Under the pieces are notes generated by a model, which saw nothing but the letters and a program-made list of their open reading frames with translations, searched no databases and was not told where the DNA came from. This document shows positions 63,480 through 64,000 of a stretch of DNA of 64,000 nucleotides, one piece after another. Source of the DNA: Negaprion brevirostris (taxonomy: Eukaryota); assembly GCA_030324005.1 (NCBI GenBank), contig JARDVH010000115.1:36592794-36656793 (forward strand). Direction: 5' to 3'. The stretch's first letter is position 1, and each line of letters starts with the position of its first letter. The position numbers and the translations under genes were made by a program.

Positions 63480-64000
63480 CAATAATCTGTAGTGATCAGC
63501 AAGATGGGATGCAAGACATTTAACTATTCTAATGAGGAGATCTTTAGTACGCAATGGAACCGCAGTCAAATCATGAGCAACCCAGCCAGAAAATGGATGC
63601 ACTGCTCTGTTCCACTTTCTGCTCACTGTCCCAAGCACTGCAAGGCTCCTCCAGAGCAGTTCAGGCAATAGAACATCTGCCTAATCGCCCCATGATCTTC
63701 TCCATGTTAAACATGGCTCTCATTATACAAATGTTGGCCATGTGAGGTTAGATTGTGCAGCAAAGTCCTCAGCCAGATGTTAAGTAGATAGCTCTCATCA
63801 TCCAGCACACACCCTCTGGTTTGACAAAGTATTCAAATACTGAGCAANNNNNNNNNNCAGCAGACTGATGCAGAACAAAAGCATCACAATAGCTGCTAGG
63901 ATAGTGGGCATTCACTATCATGATGTGCTGAACACAGTTGCACACCAAGTACATGTTCAGCATGTGGTAATCTTTGCAGCTGGGGTATGTCTCAGCATTT
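63480..64000 (-). mobile_element. Decayed PIF/Harbinger transposase, central to C-terminal part, running off the window
   Basis: LNMYLVCNCVQHIMIVNAHYPSSYCDAFVLHQS resembles LNVQLVCD....I..V.A..PGS.HDAF.L..S. A downstream LHNL motif lies near 63750. Confidence 0.75.

Noticed and set aside
52550-64000. Search for FERMT2 exons 1-3 (MALDGIRMPDG..., DWSDHALWW...)
   Set aside because: No matching sequence or CpG-island promoter seen; these exons lie beyond the right edge.

Overview
Eukaryotic, repeat-rich draft-assembly DNA with many N gaps. The HE1/V-type tRNA SINEs, Deu-type SINEs, CR1 LINEs and Penelope fragments point to an elasmobranch, most likely a shark. The whole window lies inside one minus-strand gene, FERMT2 (kindlin-2). 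Nine constitutive coding exons (human-numbered 4-12, 52549 down to 6333) splice into one continuous frame covering the F1 loop, F2 and the PH domain. The 5' and 3' exons lie outside the window. Reading splice sites by hand also gave a 33-nt cassette microexon behind a dense YGCY cluster, a 98-nt GC-AG intron, and a candidate pair of frame-complementing microexons (29+13 nt) after exon 12. The introns hold a decayed histone H4 pseudogene, two Harbinger transposase relics, two related TIR elements, Penelope-type inverted repeats with degenerate hammerhead cores, and many SINE/LINE fragments. Most ORFs in the supplied track are spurious. Exon coordinates were counted by hand; repeat coordinates are approximate. 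Repeat family names and comparisons with human kindlin-2 come from recall, not from a database search.
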